Shown here: positions 14,245 to 27,291 of the stretch, one piece after another
Position numbering within the stretch: position 1 is the first letter of the stretch
How the letters are laid out: every line of letters starts with the position of its first letter
From: Neocallimastix sp. 'constans'
Lineage: Eukaryota
NCBI GenBank assembly: GCA_050613775.1
Contig: JBODTK010000110.1
Span: forward strand, 310,001 to 374,000
Direction: 5' to 3'
Length of the DNA: 64,000 nucleotides
Notes under the pieces: model-generated
What the model was told of the DNA's origin: nothing
What the model saw: only the letters and a program-made list of their open reading frames with translations
Databases searched by the model: none
Position numbers and translations under genes: made by a program

Positions 14245-16744
14245 ATGTATACCAATAGCTTTAATAAAATTAAAAATATTTCCATAAAATCTAAACCTTC
14301 ATTAGATTTTTTATATGATAGTAGTTTAGAAAATTCTTTAATAGATGGTATTGATTTATGTAAAAAAAACAATTCTTTTAGTTTTAATTTAAAAAATCAA
14401 TTGGAAAAAACTCATAGTAAGTATTTTATAAAGAATTTTTTTTTTTTTATATAATTTTTAATAATTTCTGGTTTCAACTCTAAAAATAAAAAAAAAAAAA
14501 ATAATTAATATGATATTATTATGTATAATTTGTTATAAATTTTTATTGACTAATTTCCCTTTTATCAACTATCTTCTTACAATATTCCTAATTATATGAT
14601 TGTATATATAATTATTATTAGTTGGAAATGAAAATAATTTTAGAAGAAAAGATTCAACTTTTGGATTAGAACATAATAAAAATTCTTTTTTTGACCATGA
14701 ATATACAGGATTTGAAAAGTCCAAAAATTCCAAAAAATTAATTATTGGTATAAAAAATAATAAAAAGGTTGAATTTAAAGAAGATGATAATAGTAGTGAA
14801 GAAGATGATAAGGAAGGGTTGTATGATAGCGATACTATTTTTAATTTAGAAATAGAATCATCATCAACTAAACAGCAACAACCACAACAATATCATACTT
14901 TTTCCCTTTCACCATCATTATCATCTTCATTTTTAAATTCGTTCTATCATATTCCAAATATTAATACCAATAAAAATTTATCTTTCATTAAGCAAAACAT
15001 AAAAGATTACAATATCAGAAATATTAGTAATAATAACAGTAACAGCTATGATTTCAACTACAACTATAACTACAATTTCAATAACCTAACAAGAAGTAAT
15101 AATTCAAACCGTACAAATACTATTAAGTTTAATTACGATGGTAAAATGAATCAATCTCCAAACTCATTCATTCATAAGATGATTAATTATCATTTAAATA
15201 ATGGTAATACTAATGAATTATCTTCTTCCTTAAAATCAAATAAAAATAATCTTGGAAATAAAATTAAGGAATTAAAATTCAAAGAAACACCAATTAAATA
15301 TAATGGTCATAATAATCCTAAACCAGTTATAAAGAAGAATAATGTTTTTTCCTCAGAAAGAAAAGGTTTAAAATTAATTTTAGATGAACAAGTCAAGACA
15401 AAGTCAAACCATTCTTCGATTTTAAGAAAGGAAAAGACTATCACTTATCCAATAAGAAAGAAAAAAAGTGTCCGCTTCAAGAATGAAAATGAAGAATGTC
15501 CATTTAAAAAATTTGAATGTCCAAGTAATATTGTAAATCTTCCTATCTATGTTGTTGATTCACAATTAGAACCATTCTTGGAAGTCAAATTAGTTATGCT
15601 TGAAGGTTTTCAAACCAAGAAAAAGGTTTCTTTGCCATGGGATAAAAATGTTATTTTGGAATCCGTTGGATTAATTAGTGATGAAACTCAGGAACAAGAT
15701 ATTGTCAAATTAATCATTCAAGTTAGAAATATTGCCTTTGAAAAAAAGGTTAAAGTTCATTATAGTTTAGATAATTGGAAATCTGTTAATATTAAGGAGG
15801 CCTCCTATTATGGTTCTAAAGTGAATGAACGTCAAGAATCAATTGATAGATTCCTTCTTAAAATTAATACTGTTGGTGATGATAAAGAAGAAAATGTCAG
15901 TCATCTTCAATTTGCTATTCAATATCTAGTCGATCAAAGGGAATTTTGGGATAACAATAATGGAAAAAATTATTCTTTAAAGATTGAACGTACCGTACGT
16001 ATTCCAGCAAAATCTATCAAAAGTCATCGTAACGGTAAAGGTCCTGTAATAAGATATAAGTTAAAGCCTGGTTATCACTATCCAATATTCAAAAGTAATA
16101 TAAATGAACATCCATCTGCTGATATTAGTAAAAAAGAAGAAGAAGGAAAAAAAGAAAAAGAAAAAAAAGTAAAAATAAATAGTCAAGCAGTTGTTCCAAA
16201 TTTATTACAAAGAAATGCTATTCATTTGATTGAAAGAAGCAGCATTGAAAATATTTTATCTTCCTCAGACAATAATAATTACTTTTCAACTCCTACCACA
16301 ACTACTAACATTAGCATTAATTCCACCGACATCAGTACTGCTACAATACAAAGTAAAAGTAAAGAAAATCAAAATGAAATAAAATTTTCAGAAGAAGAAA
16401 AAATTGAAAATCCCACCTCTAATAATGGTCTCTTTTCTTGGAATGACCCTATTTTATTAGGAAAATCAAAATATAATAAAAATCAAAATCAAAATATCAC
16501 CCCTTCCAATACTAAATTAATAAATAATTCTATTATAAGGAATAATTTTTATTCCTTATTCGAAAATCTTCCTTTCATGAATAAAAATAAAAAAAGAGAA
16601 GAAAAGAATAAGATCGATTCAAATCAAAATGATATTTTTAAAATTAAATCAAATTCTAGACTAATGTTTTCTTCCTTTTCTCCTTCTACTTCCTCCATCT
16701 CCTCATCACTATCACCATCACCATCACTTTCACTATCATTATAA
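14245..16744 (+). CDS. CBM21-domain protein phosphatase 1 glycogen-targeting subunit (Gac1/PPP1R3-like), copy 1
   Basis: Exons 14245-14416 and 14622-16744 join in frame. Motifs: RVxF (KKKSVRF) and CBM21 signatures (IQVRNIAFEKKVKVHYSLDNW, FAIQYLVDQREFWDNNNGKNY). Confidence 0.88.
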
Positions 16745-16869
16745 CTATTTCCATCTCCATTAAATAATAAATCCTTAATAGATAATACTTTTTAAATTTA
16801 TCAAAATATAACCATTGGTTTAAGGAAGCCCTCTTCTTCTTCTTCTCTATCCTTTGAATCTTTTACCTA

Positions 16870-16913
<44 letters not shown>

Positions 16914-16990
16914 AAATAATAAATAAAAATAATAAATAAATAAATAATAAATAATTGCATTAATTTCAGTAGTTACGATAAAATAATAGG

Positions 16991-17024
<34 letters not shown>

Positions 17025-17176
17025 AATATTCAACAAAAACTATCTATAAAATAGTTTTAAATTATACATATAGATATATTATAATTTTCAAATACCTCAT
17101 ATGAATTATATATATATATATATTTTTATTATATATATATATATTTATATTTATATTTAATTTTTATTTATATATA

Positions 17177-17212
<36 letters not shown>

Positions 17213-17404
17213 AATGAAGAAAATTATAAAGATGTTTTATACACTATTTAATCATTACTATTATTTATAAAGTCAAGCGCACCGTCACTTTCGTACACTT
17301 AATAATAATAATAATTTATAATAATATAATATTAATAATCATAATCATAATATAAATATATAAAAAAAAAAAAAAAAAAGTATTTATATATAATTTTATA
17401 AATG

Positions 17405-17439
<35 letters not shown>

Positions 17440-17629
17440 TGATTTATAAGTTTTAAAAAATGTAATCCTCAATTTTTATCTTTTTATCTTTTATCTTTAT
17501 AAATTTATTATTTAGCATAATTTAGATATTTTAATAATTAATTATTTATTGTTAATATATATTAATATTTCATAATACTTTTTAAAAAAAAAAAAAAAAT
17601 GTTTAATATTTTATTATTTAATAGTTATT

Positions 17630-17672
<43 letters not shown>

Positions 17673-18050
17673 TATTATTATATTATTATTATTATTATTA
17701 ACTATATATATACTTTTTATATATATATTTTTTTAAAAAAAAAAAAAAATAAAAATAAAAAAATAATAATTATAATTTTAAATGATTTTAATTTATAATT
17801 TATTTTTATTTGATCAATTTTTATTATTATTTAATAAATTATTAAAAAAAAAAAAAAAAACTATATATATATAAATTTTAGTTTTTGGTCTTTTATAATT
17901 ACTTATTATTAAAATATATATATATTTATATTATATATATTTTATAATTTTTTATTTTATATTTAAAAATAAATTAACCCTAATTTATTTTATTTTATTT
18001 TATTTTATTTTATTTTATTTTATTTTTTTTTTCTTATTTTATTTATTGTT

Positions 18051-18082
<32 letters not shown>

Positions 18083-18298
18083 AAAGAAAAGAAAGATGTC
18101 TATAAATCTTTTCTAAATAAAAAAAATAAAAATTTATATATACTATTATATATTTAAAAATATAAGAGAAATTGATCAATTTTATTTTAAAAAAAAAATA
18201 AAATAAAATAAAATAAAAAAAATATAAAAAAAAAATATTATATATGATAAGAAATAATTGAAATCTTTGATTTTCTTAAATTTAAAAAAAAAATAAAA

Positions 18299-18331
<33 letters not shown>

Positions 18332-18854
18332 ATGATAATTATAATTAATAATTAATAAATAATAGTAAGAGAAAATCATACTTTTTTTTTTCCAAATGGC
18401 TTTGTTATTTTTATTTATTTATTTAAAATTTATTTTATTTTTTATTTTTTATTTTTATTTTTTTATTTTTAAAAAAAGGAGAGTTTATCGATAAAGTTTT
18501 CATTTTATTTATTATTATCCCATTTATTAAAATTTTTTACTATTTATTTTTTTATTATTATTGTTTATTTTAAAAATTTTTTATTTTATATTTATTTTTT
18601 ATTTTTATTTTTTATATTTATTTTTTATATTTATTTTTTATATTTATTTTTTATATTTATTTTTTATATTTATTTTTTATATTTATTTTTTATTTTTATT
18701 TTTTTTTATCTAAATTATGAGATTAAACAATTAAAAAAATTAATGAACCAACAATTATTAATAATTAAAAAGTATTATTAAATTAATTTATACAATTAGA
18801 AATCGCTTCATTTATCTATCTTTTCAATTATATTAAATATTTATCCGTTCTTAT

Positions 18855-18862
18855 TCTTATTC

Positions 18863-18900
<38 letters not shown>

Positions 18901-18931
18901 ATTTATTATTATTATTATTATTATTATTATA

Positions 18932-18970
<39 letters not shown>
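18855..18970. repeat. (TTA)n microsatellite, left flank of the copia insertion
   Basis: Directly visible; continues after the element from 32926. Confidence 0.9.
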
Positions 18971-18971
<1 letters not shown>

Positions 18972-19290
18972 GTTGACTGCACTCATAATTTAACTATATA
19001 TTTAATTTATTTATTTATAGTATTTATTTATATTTATGTGTATTTATTTATTTATATTTAATGATTACTTAAATGTATTATGATCTATCGTCTTGTATAA
19101 ATCTATGTTAATTATCTTTTAATATTTATTTAATTAATTTTTAATTTATTTTATGTTATGGAAAACGCATGTTGTAACATGTGACTTTATTACTTATTTA
19201 AAGCCGAAAGATAGATCATACACTTATTTCCCTTGTATACCATATTCCATAAGGAATATTATTATAGATCTAAATTTAATAAAGCTAACA
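18971..19290 (+). repeat. Copia 5' LTR (320 bp)
   Basis: Matches 24985-25254 plus 32876-32925. One visible mismatch (gttgtaac vs gttataac). Confidence 0.96.
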
Positions 19291-19304
19291 GATTAAGAGT
19301 CTCA
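19291..19304 (+). promoter_or_regulatory. Copia primer-binding site complementary to the anticodon arm of tRNA-Lys(CUU)
   Basis: GATTAAGAGTCTCA directly follows the LTR. Its reverse complement TGAGACTCTTAATC matches the eukaryotic tRNA-Lys(CTT) anticodon stem-loop as I recall it. Confidence 0.8.
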
Positions 19305-19365
19305 GTTGACTCATATTATTTATTATTAAAAGTACTTAATTAATTCGCTTCACCGCTCCGAAATC

Positions 19366-22300
19366 ATGCAAGACTTTAACTTAGCTAAGGACCAATGCCT
19401 CCATGGAAAATCCAACTTTAATGAGTGGAAATTCCTTATTGACAATGCCGCTAAACGTCAAGGTATTAAGGAATTCATGGAAGTCGACGTCGTTGGAAAA
19501 CTTAATGATGTAGGTTTTGATTACAACCCCAATGTCAACGATGTTATCAACAAGGTAATTACTAAATTAATTACCAAAATGTTGCCGCAAGCTCCTGCCG
19601 CACCTATTCGAAACAATAATGCTGAGGTTAATCGAAACAATGACGTTGATATCAATACTCAGCTAACTAACTTTTTTGGTAATCCTCTTAATCATATCAG
19701 ATTAGTTGAGGAAGCAGAAAGGATCGATGCTGACATGATACTCATGATCAGTAAGAATGTCGATGATTCTGTTTTAAGAGAAATCAGCAGACTTAATAAT
19801 GGTTTCCGTATAATGGAAAGACTCAAATCAAAATATGGAAATTCAAATGCTGATATGGAATACTGGCTTAAAAGGTTAAGAAGTATTAAAGCCAGAGATA
19901 GAAATCAAATCATCGAAAAGCTAGAACTTATGAAAGAAACTTTCGATGATATGGAAGAACAACATGTGGAGATCACTGATAAGGAAAAATTAAAATATCT
20001 CTATAACGTACTACCGGATGATTATAAAAATATCATTCAAATTAATTTGAATAGTGACCCTAATGTATATATTAATAATCTCAAAAGTTTTATTTATGCA
20101 AAATCTTACCTAGAAAATTGGGAAGATAACAAAACCATTGAAAAAGATGATCCAATGGACCTAGATTTTATCAGTAGAGGAAGAAGAACTAGTAATTCCT
20201 CAAAGAAAAATGAACACAACAACCATAATAACAAAAGCTCTAACTCTAAGAAAAGAGGAAAGCAAAATGGTAACCAATATAACAATAATAATAAAGATAA
20301 TAGTAACAAAGACAATAATAATAAATCATATTGTCACATTTGTGAAGTTAAAGGACACTCTACCAGAAACTGCATATATAATATGAAGACGAAGTCAAAT
20401 CATAATAAAGGGAGGCAAGAAAAGCTTCAAGTAAAGACCACATTAAATGATCATCCAAAGAAGTCTTTACATTTAATAAGTAAAATTTCTGATCCAGACA
20501 GTGCCAGTAGTTATGACGATAATTTTGATTTTGAAGACGCAAGGGCACTGATAGAAAAACAAGAAGAAATAAACATTAACAATAAGGTTAAATTTTCTGG
20601 ATTAATTGAATACGTGAATGATAGTTCTATTATTCCAAAGGAGATAACAATTCCTAATAAAAAAGAGGAATTATATGTAAACAACATCAATTATTATGAA
20701 GAAAATGATAAGACTAGTGAATGGTTATATGATACTGGTGCTGGAGAACATATAACTAATGATTTTAATTTGCTAAATAATTTTATTCACTGCAAAATAA
20801 AGTTAAGATGTGCCAATGGGACAATGTGTAGCTTCGAAGGATATGGTACTTACGAATGTTACATTAATGGAATATATTTACGACTAGACAAGGTATTATA
20901 TTCAAAATCTGCAACTAAAAATCTTATTAGTGGAATAGAACTGGCCAAAATAGGATATAGAGTCATTATTGACACTGATGATTATACACGTGGTAGATTT
21001 AACTTATGGGGTCCAAATAATGTATATATAGGAACTTATTATTCTACAAATGATAATCAATTCTTAGTAAATACTTACAAGATTAATAAAAACTTTGAAG
21101 AAAAGGATAAAAATATTATGGCTTTAAACGAAGTTGATGAAAAAAGCCTTGAAATTTGGCATAGAAGACTAGGTCATTATTACCTAGAAAACATAAACAA
21201 ATATCTAAGTTTACACCAAATAAAAACTCCTAAATGCATAGAATGTAAAGTAGCTAAAATGTCAAGGAAATCACACGGAGGAAAAACACCGAAAGCTACG
21301 AAAATATTAGAAATAATACATTCAGACATTTCAGGTCCATACAATTCATCTATCAATAATAAAAAATACTTTATTACATTCATGGATGAATTCTCAAGAA
21401 AAGTATGGATATATACTTTAAAATCTAAAGCCGAAGCTCCCGAATTAATTGTGGAATTCTTCAAGTACTTAAATAACCAATTTGAAGAATATAATATTAA
21501 AATATTTAAATCAGATGGAGGAAAGGAATTTAAAAATAAAACAGTTAATAAATACTGTAAAGAAAATGGAATAGAAAAAACCTATTCTCCTCCAGGTTGC
21601 CCTGAAGTTAATGGAAAAGCTGAAAGAATAAACAGAACTCTTAGAAATTCAGCTAAAACTCTTCTATATTGGGCAGAATTATCAGAAAACTTTTGGAATT
21701 TCGCCATAAAACAGGCATGCTACATATATAACTTAATTCCCCATTCAGGAAATAAATTTTTAATACCCAATGAAGTATTTTACAACAAAAAGGTAGAGTT
21801 AAAACATTTAAAAACCTTTGGTTGTGTGTGTTATTACAGGGATGATACACAACACAAATCAAAATTTTTACCAAATGCTAAGAAGGGCGTATTCTTGGGA
21901 TTTGATGATAAAAAATATTCATATATTATCATGGATATTGAAAATAATAAAATACATTATACTAACGATGTAGAATTCGTTGAAGAAGAGCCTAGTAAAC
22001 ACAAATACGAAACAAGCAATTATAAAGACTCTTACTTCTCATTTATGAAAGACAACAATAGAAAAGATATGAATCCAGAAGATAATATTATAAATGAAGA
22101 TAATAATATAAATGAAGATAATAATATGAACAATGAAAATAATTTTAATGGAAGAAACATCTTAAATGAAGAAAACAGTTTAAATGAAAATATTAATAAT
22201 GAAAGGACTACTAATACAGAACATAAAAGTAATTACATTAAAAATAAGCATGTCAATAATATATCGTTAAATGAAGAAAATCAAGAATTTGATAATAAAG

Positions 22301-24964
22301 ATATAAACCAGAAAAATAACCATAATTTAAATAAAGATGTTGAAATTAATTCTAAAATTAATCCTGAAATTAAAAATAAAAATAATTGTGAATTTAAATT
22401 GAAATTCAATTTCAACAATGTTGACAAAAATAATTCTGAAAATAATTATTTGAATGAGATAAATAGAAATTTAGAAATAATAAATAAAAATTATAATAAA
22501 AAGTTTAGAAATAATACTAAGAATACCAATTTTAATTCTAACATTATTGAAAAATATAAACCAGAAGATCCTGCTTACGCCGCCTCAACTTCCAGCAGGA
22601 ACAAAGGAAAAGAAAAAATAACCGAATTTGAAAATTTTGATAAAAATAAAATATTTTTAAATAATGAAAAATCAAGCCAAAATTTACAGAATTTTACAAT
22701 AAATAATAATAATATGAAAAAAAAATTTTAATAATAAAAATTTTTCAAAAAATGATGAAAATTTTCAAGAAAATCTATTGGCTGAAGCAAAATCACATTC
22801 ATATCATATCAAAAAATCTTCAAATAATTCAATAATAACATATGACAACAATAATGATTCACATAAATCTATTAATAATTCAAATAAATCAATGAATATC
22901 AAAAATTTACCAAAAAATGATCAAAATTTTATTAATAAAAATTTTTTATCGAAAAATAATAAATTAATTCAACAAAATTCAAAATCCAGCGACTCTATGA
23001 AGAAAAACTATAATTTCTCCACTCCTACAATAGATATCAATAATATTCCTTCAGATAATAAAAATACGGTAATGGAAAATCTTAAAAATATAACTCTTCC
23101 ATATAATTTTAATCAGAATTTACCTTTAATAACCGATTCTTCAACCAACCAAATTTCTCAAAAATCAGACGAAATTTCACTTACTAATAATAACGAAATA
23201 AATAATAAATTTAGCAACAATAATATAGTAAACAAAGAAAATTATGCCCATAAATCTCTTATAGATGCATCAAGTGTTATTGATTTTAATAAAGATGAAA
23301 TTATGGATGACATTGTAGCCAATACAGAATATGGCAACATCTATAAAAGACCACTTAGTCCAAAATATAAAGAGACTGCACCTACTAATATTAGTTCTCG
23401 TAGAAAACTAGACCAAATCAACGACATTATTATTGCTTCTATATTTTGTCACATTCCTAATACATATGAAGAAGCAATAAACAGTGAAGACAAAAATAAC
23501 TGGATTGAGGCTATTAATGATGAACTTAATAACCTTTATTCTAATAATATTATGACTTTTGTTAAAAATGTACCTAAAAACAAAAACATCATTACCACAA
23601 AATGGGTTTTCAACACTAAACGTGATTCAAATAATAATATTTATAAATATAAAGCTCGTTTAGTTGCTCGTGGATTTAAACAAAAATGGGGAATCGATTA
23701 TGAATTAACTTATTCTCCTACTCTAAACATTGATGGTCTTAAATTAATATTCGCTATTTCTGCTGCTCTTAAGTGGAATATTTTCCAGCTAGATATAAAG
23801 GCCGCTTACCTTAATGCTCCGCTTGATAAAGATATTTATACTACTATTCCTAAAGGCGATTCGCGCTTTGGGCGGGGATATTGGAAGCTCAACAAAGCTT
23901 TGTATGGCCTTAAGCAATCTGGTAGACAATGGTATAATACCATTAGAAAATTCCTAATAAAAAATGAGTTCATTCAAATTAAATCCGAACAATGTATTTT
24001 CAAATTTACAAAAAATAATATAACAAAATGCATTATCGGCTTATACGTGGACGACATGGTCATCGCTGGAGAAAACGAATACATTAAACAAATAATAAAT
24101 AAAATAAAATCAAAATTTAAAATATCTAAATGTGATCCAATTGAATACATATTAGGAATTGAAGTAAAGAAAGAAAATAATTCATATATTATTTCACAGA
24201 AAAATTTTATAAATAATATGTTATATAAATTTAATATTGATAATACAAAGAAAAGAAAAACACCATGTACTGGTGATAATAAAATATCAGAAAACAATAA
24301 ACCTTTCGATAAAACAATCTACAAAAGCGCAATAGGTTCCTTAATATACCTTTCGAAATGTACTAGACCTGACATAGCTTTCGCTGTAAATAAAGCTTCA
24401 AGAAAATGTGAAAATCCAACTATATCGGATTGGAACAAAATAATAAATATTCTAAAATATATTAATAGTACCAAAGAATTTAAGATAGAATATAATGGAA
24501 AGGGGGAGCTTGTTGCATATACCGACTCTGACTTTGCCGGCTGTTTGGAAGATAGAAAATCTACCTCAGGAGGAATAATACTTATGGGAACAAGTCCGAT
24601 ATGCTGGTTGTCCAAGAAACAAACAAGTGTTGCTACGTCTACTGCTGAAGCAGAGTACATAAGCACTTCCGAAAATATAAAGAAAATATTATGGATTAGA
24701 AATATAATAAAAGAAATTTTAAACAAATGGATAACTGTTAAAATCTATACAGATAATCAAGCAAGTAAGAAAATAATGGAGAACGGAGAAATAAATACAA
24801 AATTAAAGCATATAAGTGTAAGATATCATTTCAACAGGGACAATATTGCAAAGAAGAAAGTAAAATTAGAATATATTGATACTGAAAACATGCTAGCGGA
24901 CATATTAACCAAGGACTCAAATGGACCAAAGATACAAAAATTTACAAACAACATTTTTATCTAA
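19366..24964 (+). pseudogene. Copia gag-pol polyprotein with a single +1 frameshift in an A9 run (22717-22725)
   Basis: Motifs: Zn knuckle CHICEVKGHSTRNC, protease WLYDTGA, WHRRLGH..CIEC, integrase HSDISGP/KSDGGKEF/NGKAER, RT YVDD, RNase H YTDSD/AEAEY/MLADILTK. Deleting one A joins ORFs 19366-22731 and 22778-24964 into about 1865 aa. Confidence 0.9.
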
Positions 24965-24984
24965 AAATATTATTTGAGGGGGAG

Positions 24985-25254
24985 TGTTGACTGCACTCAT
25001 AATTTAACTATATATTTAATTTATTTATTTATAGTATTTATTTATATTTATGTGTATTTATTTATTTATATTTAATGATTACTTAAATGTATTATGATCT
25101 ATCGTCTTGTATAAATCTATGTTAATTATCTTTTAATATTTATTTAATTAATTTTTAATTTATTTTATGTTATGGAAAACGCATGTTATAACATGTGACT
25201 TTATTACTTATTTAAAGCCGAAAGATAGATCATACACTTATTTCCCTTGTATAC
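24985..25254 (+). repeat. Copia 3' LTR, first 270 bp
   Basis: Follows the PPT and matches the 5' LTR up to ...ccttgtatac. Confidence 0.95.
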
Positions 25255-26026
25255 TGTAAAGATATTATTAATATCTTTAAATAATTTTAATTAAATTTAA
25301 TCATAAATTTAAGTAAAATTAAAATAAATTTATTTGAAATCACGTGTATAAAATTATTGAAAATATTTTTAACATAATTTCGATTTTTTTCCCAATCATA
25401 CTAATAAATTAAAAATTTCTCTTGTGAAACTAGTATTTGAAAATCATTTCTTTTTATGTAATTTAATTTAAATAATAAGAGTTAAGGTTTTTCACAAGAT
25501 AAATTAACAACATGAAACTATGCAATTAGTCATGTTGAAACTTACGGCATTTTATGCTAAATTTATATTAAATAATTATGACAACTTTTATATTATTTTT
25601 AAATAGAAAATATATAATAAATTTACTAATAATATTTAAATAATAAATAAATAATAAATGAACTCAATTAGAATTGATTATATTTATTTTAGTTATTAAT
25701 TATAATTCTCTTTATTTAGTAATAGTTAATTATTTATTATTAGTTTAGGTTAGTACTGTTTTAAATAAATAGCTAGATAATATAATTCAATAGGAATTAT
25801 ATATTATAAATGCAATAAGATAAAAATATAAATAGTTATCAAATTTCATGTATTTTAATCGATGTAATTGTTATTAACGATTTCTTGTTAATAACACTTT
25901 AAAATAAATAAAGATTTTAATATTTAAAAAATTAATAAAACTTGTTCTTTAAAACTATTATTTTGTGTTTTAGTGTTATTATTGAAGTGTTGATTTATAA
26001 TCTATTTTTTTTATCAAAACTTTATA
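25255..26026 (+). repeat. Gypsy 5' LTR (772 bp), TGTAAAG...CTTTATA
   Basis: Direct repeat of 32099-32870. Confidence 0.96.
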
Positions 26027-26037
26027 ATAACAATTAC
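26027..26037 (+). promoter_or_regulatory. Self-priming type primer-binding site
   Basis: ATAACAATTAC is the exact reverse complement of GTAATTGTTAT at 25864-25874 inside the LTR. There is no TGG tRNA-type PBS. Confidence 0.82.
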
Positions 26038-26238
26038 CTTTTAAACAAACAAAAATACGTTATAAATCAATAAAAAATATTTAAAACACGTGACTCTTTT
26101 GTGGCTTATTTGTGGCTTGAATCAAGATATTTTTACCAGATATTTTTACCAAGGATTTTTAGAAGCTACCCACTTTTGACACTACCGACTTTGGAATACT
26201 CACAATTTTAGATTATTGCTACCAGCTTTAGGATATCG

Positions 26239-26958
<720 letters not shown>

Positions 26959-27291
26959 TTACCAGACTCATACCATACCATTTATCATATTGGGACACTT
27001 GTGCAAGACTTTTGAATAAAATTACCAGATTACGTGAGAAATCCATAATATTATTTGGAATTAAATTTTAACCAGTAAGATACTATATTATAATATTCAG
27101 TTTACTCGACGGCACCACTACAATTGGAGAGAGCCAGTTCGACTTTACATACAATATTATAATAGAAATATCTTTTTATTAGAACATCTATTTCAAATAT
27201 CATTATTTAAAATATTCAAAAGTAAATAATAAGTTACAAATTGAACGAAGTTGAAGATTTAATTCAAAAATTCGAAAACCTTGATTTAGAA

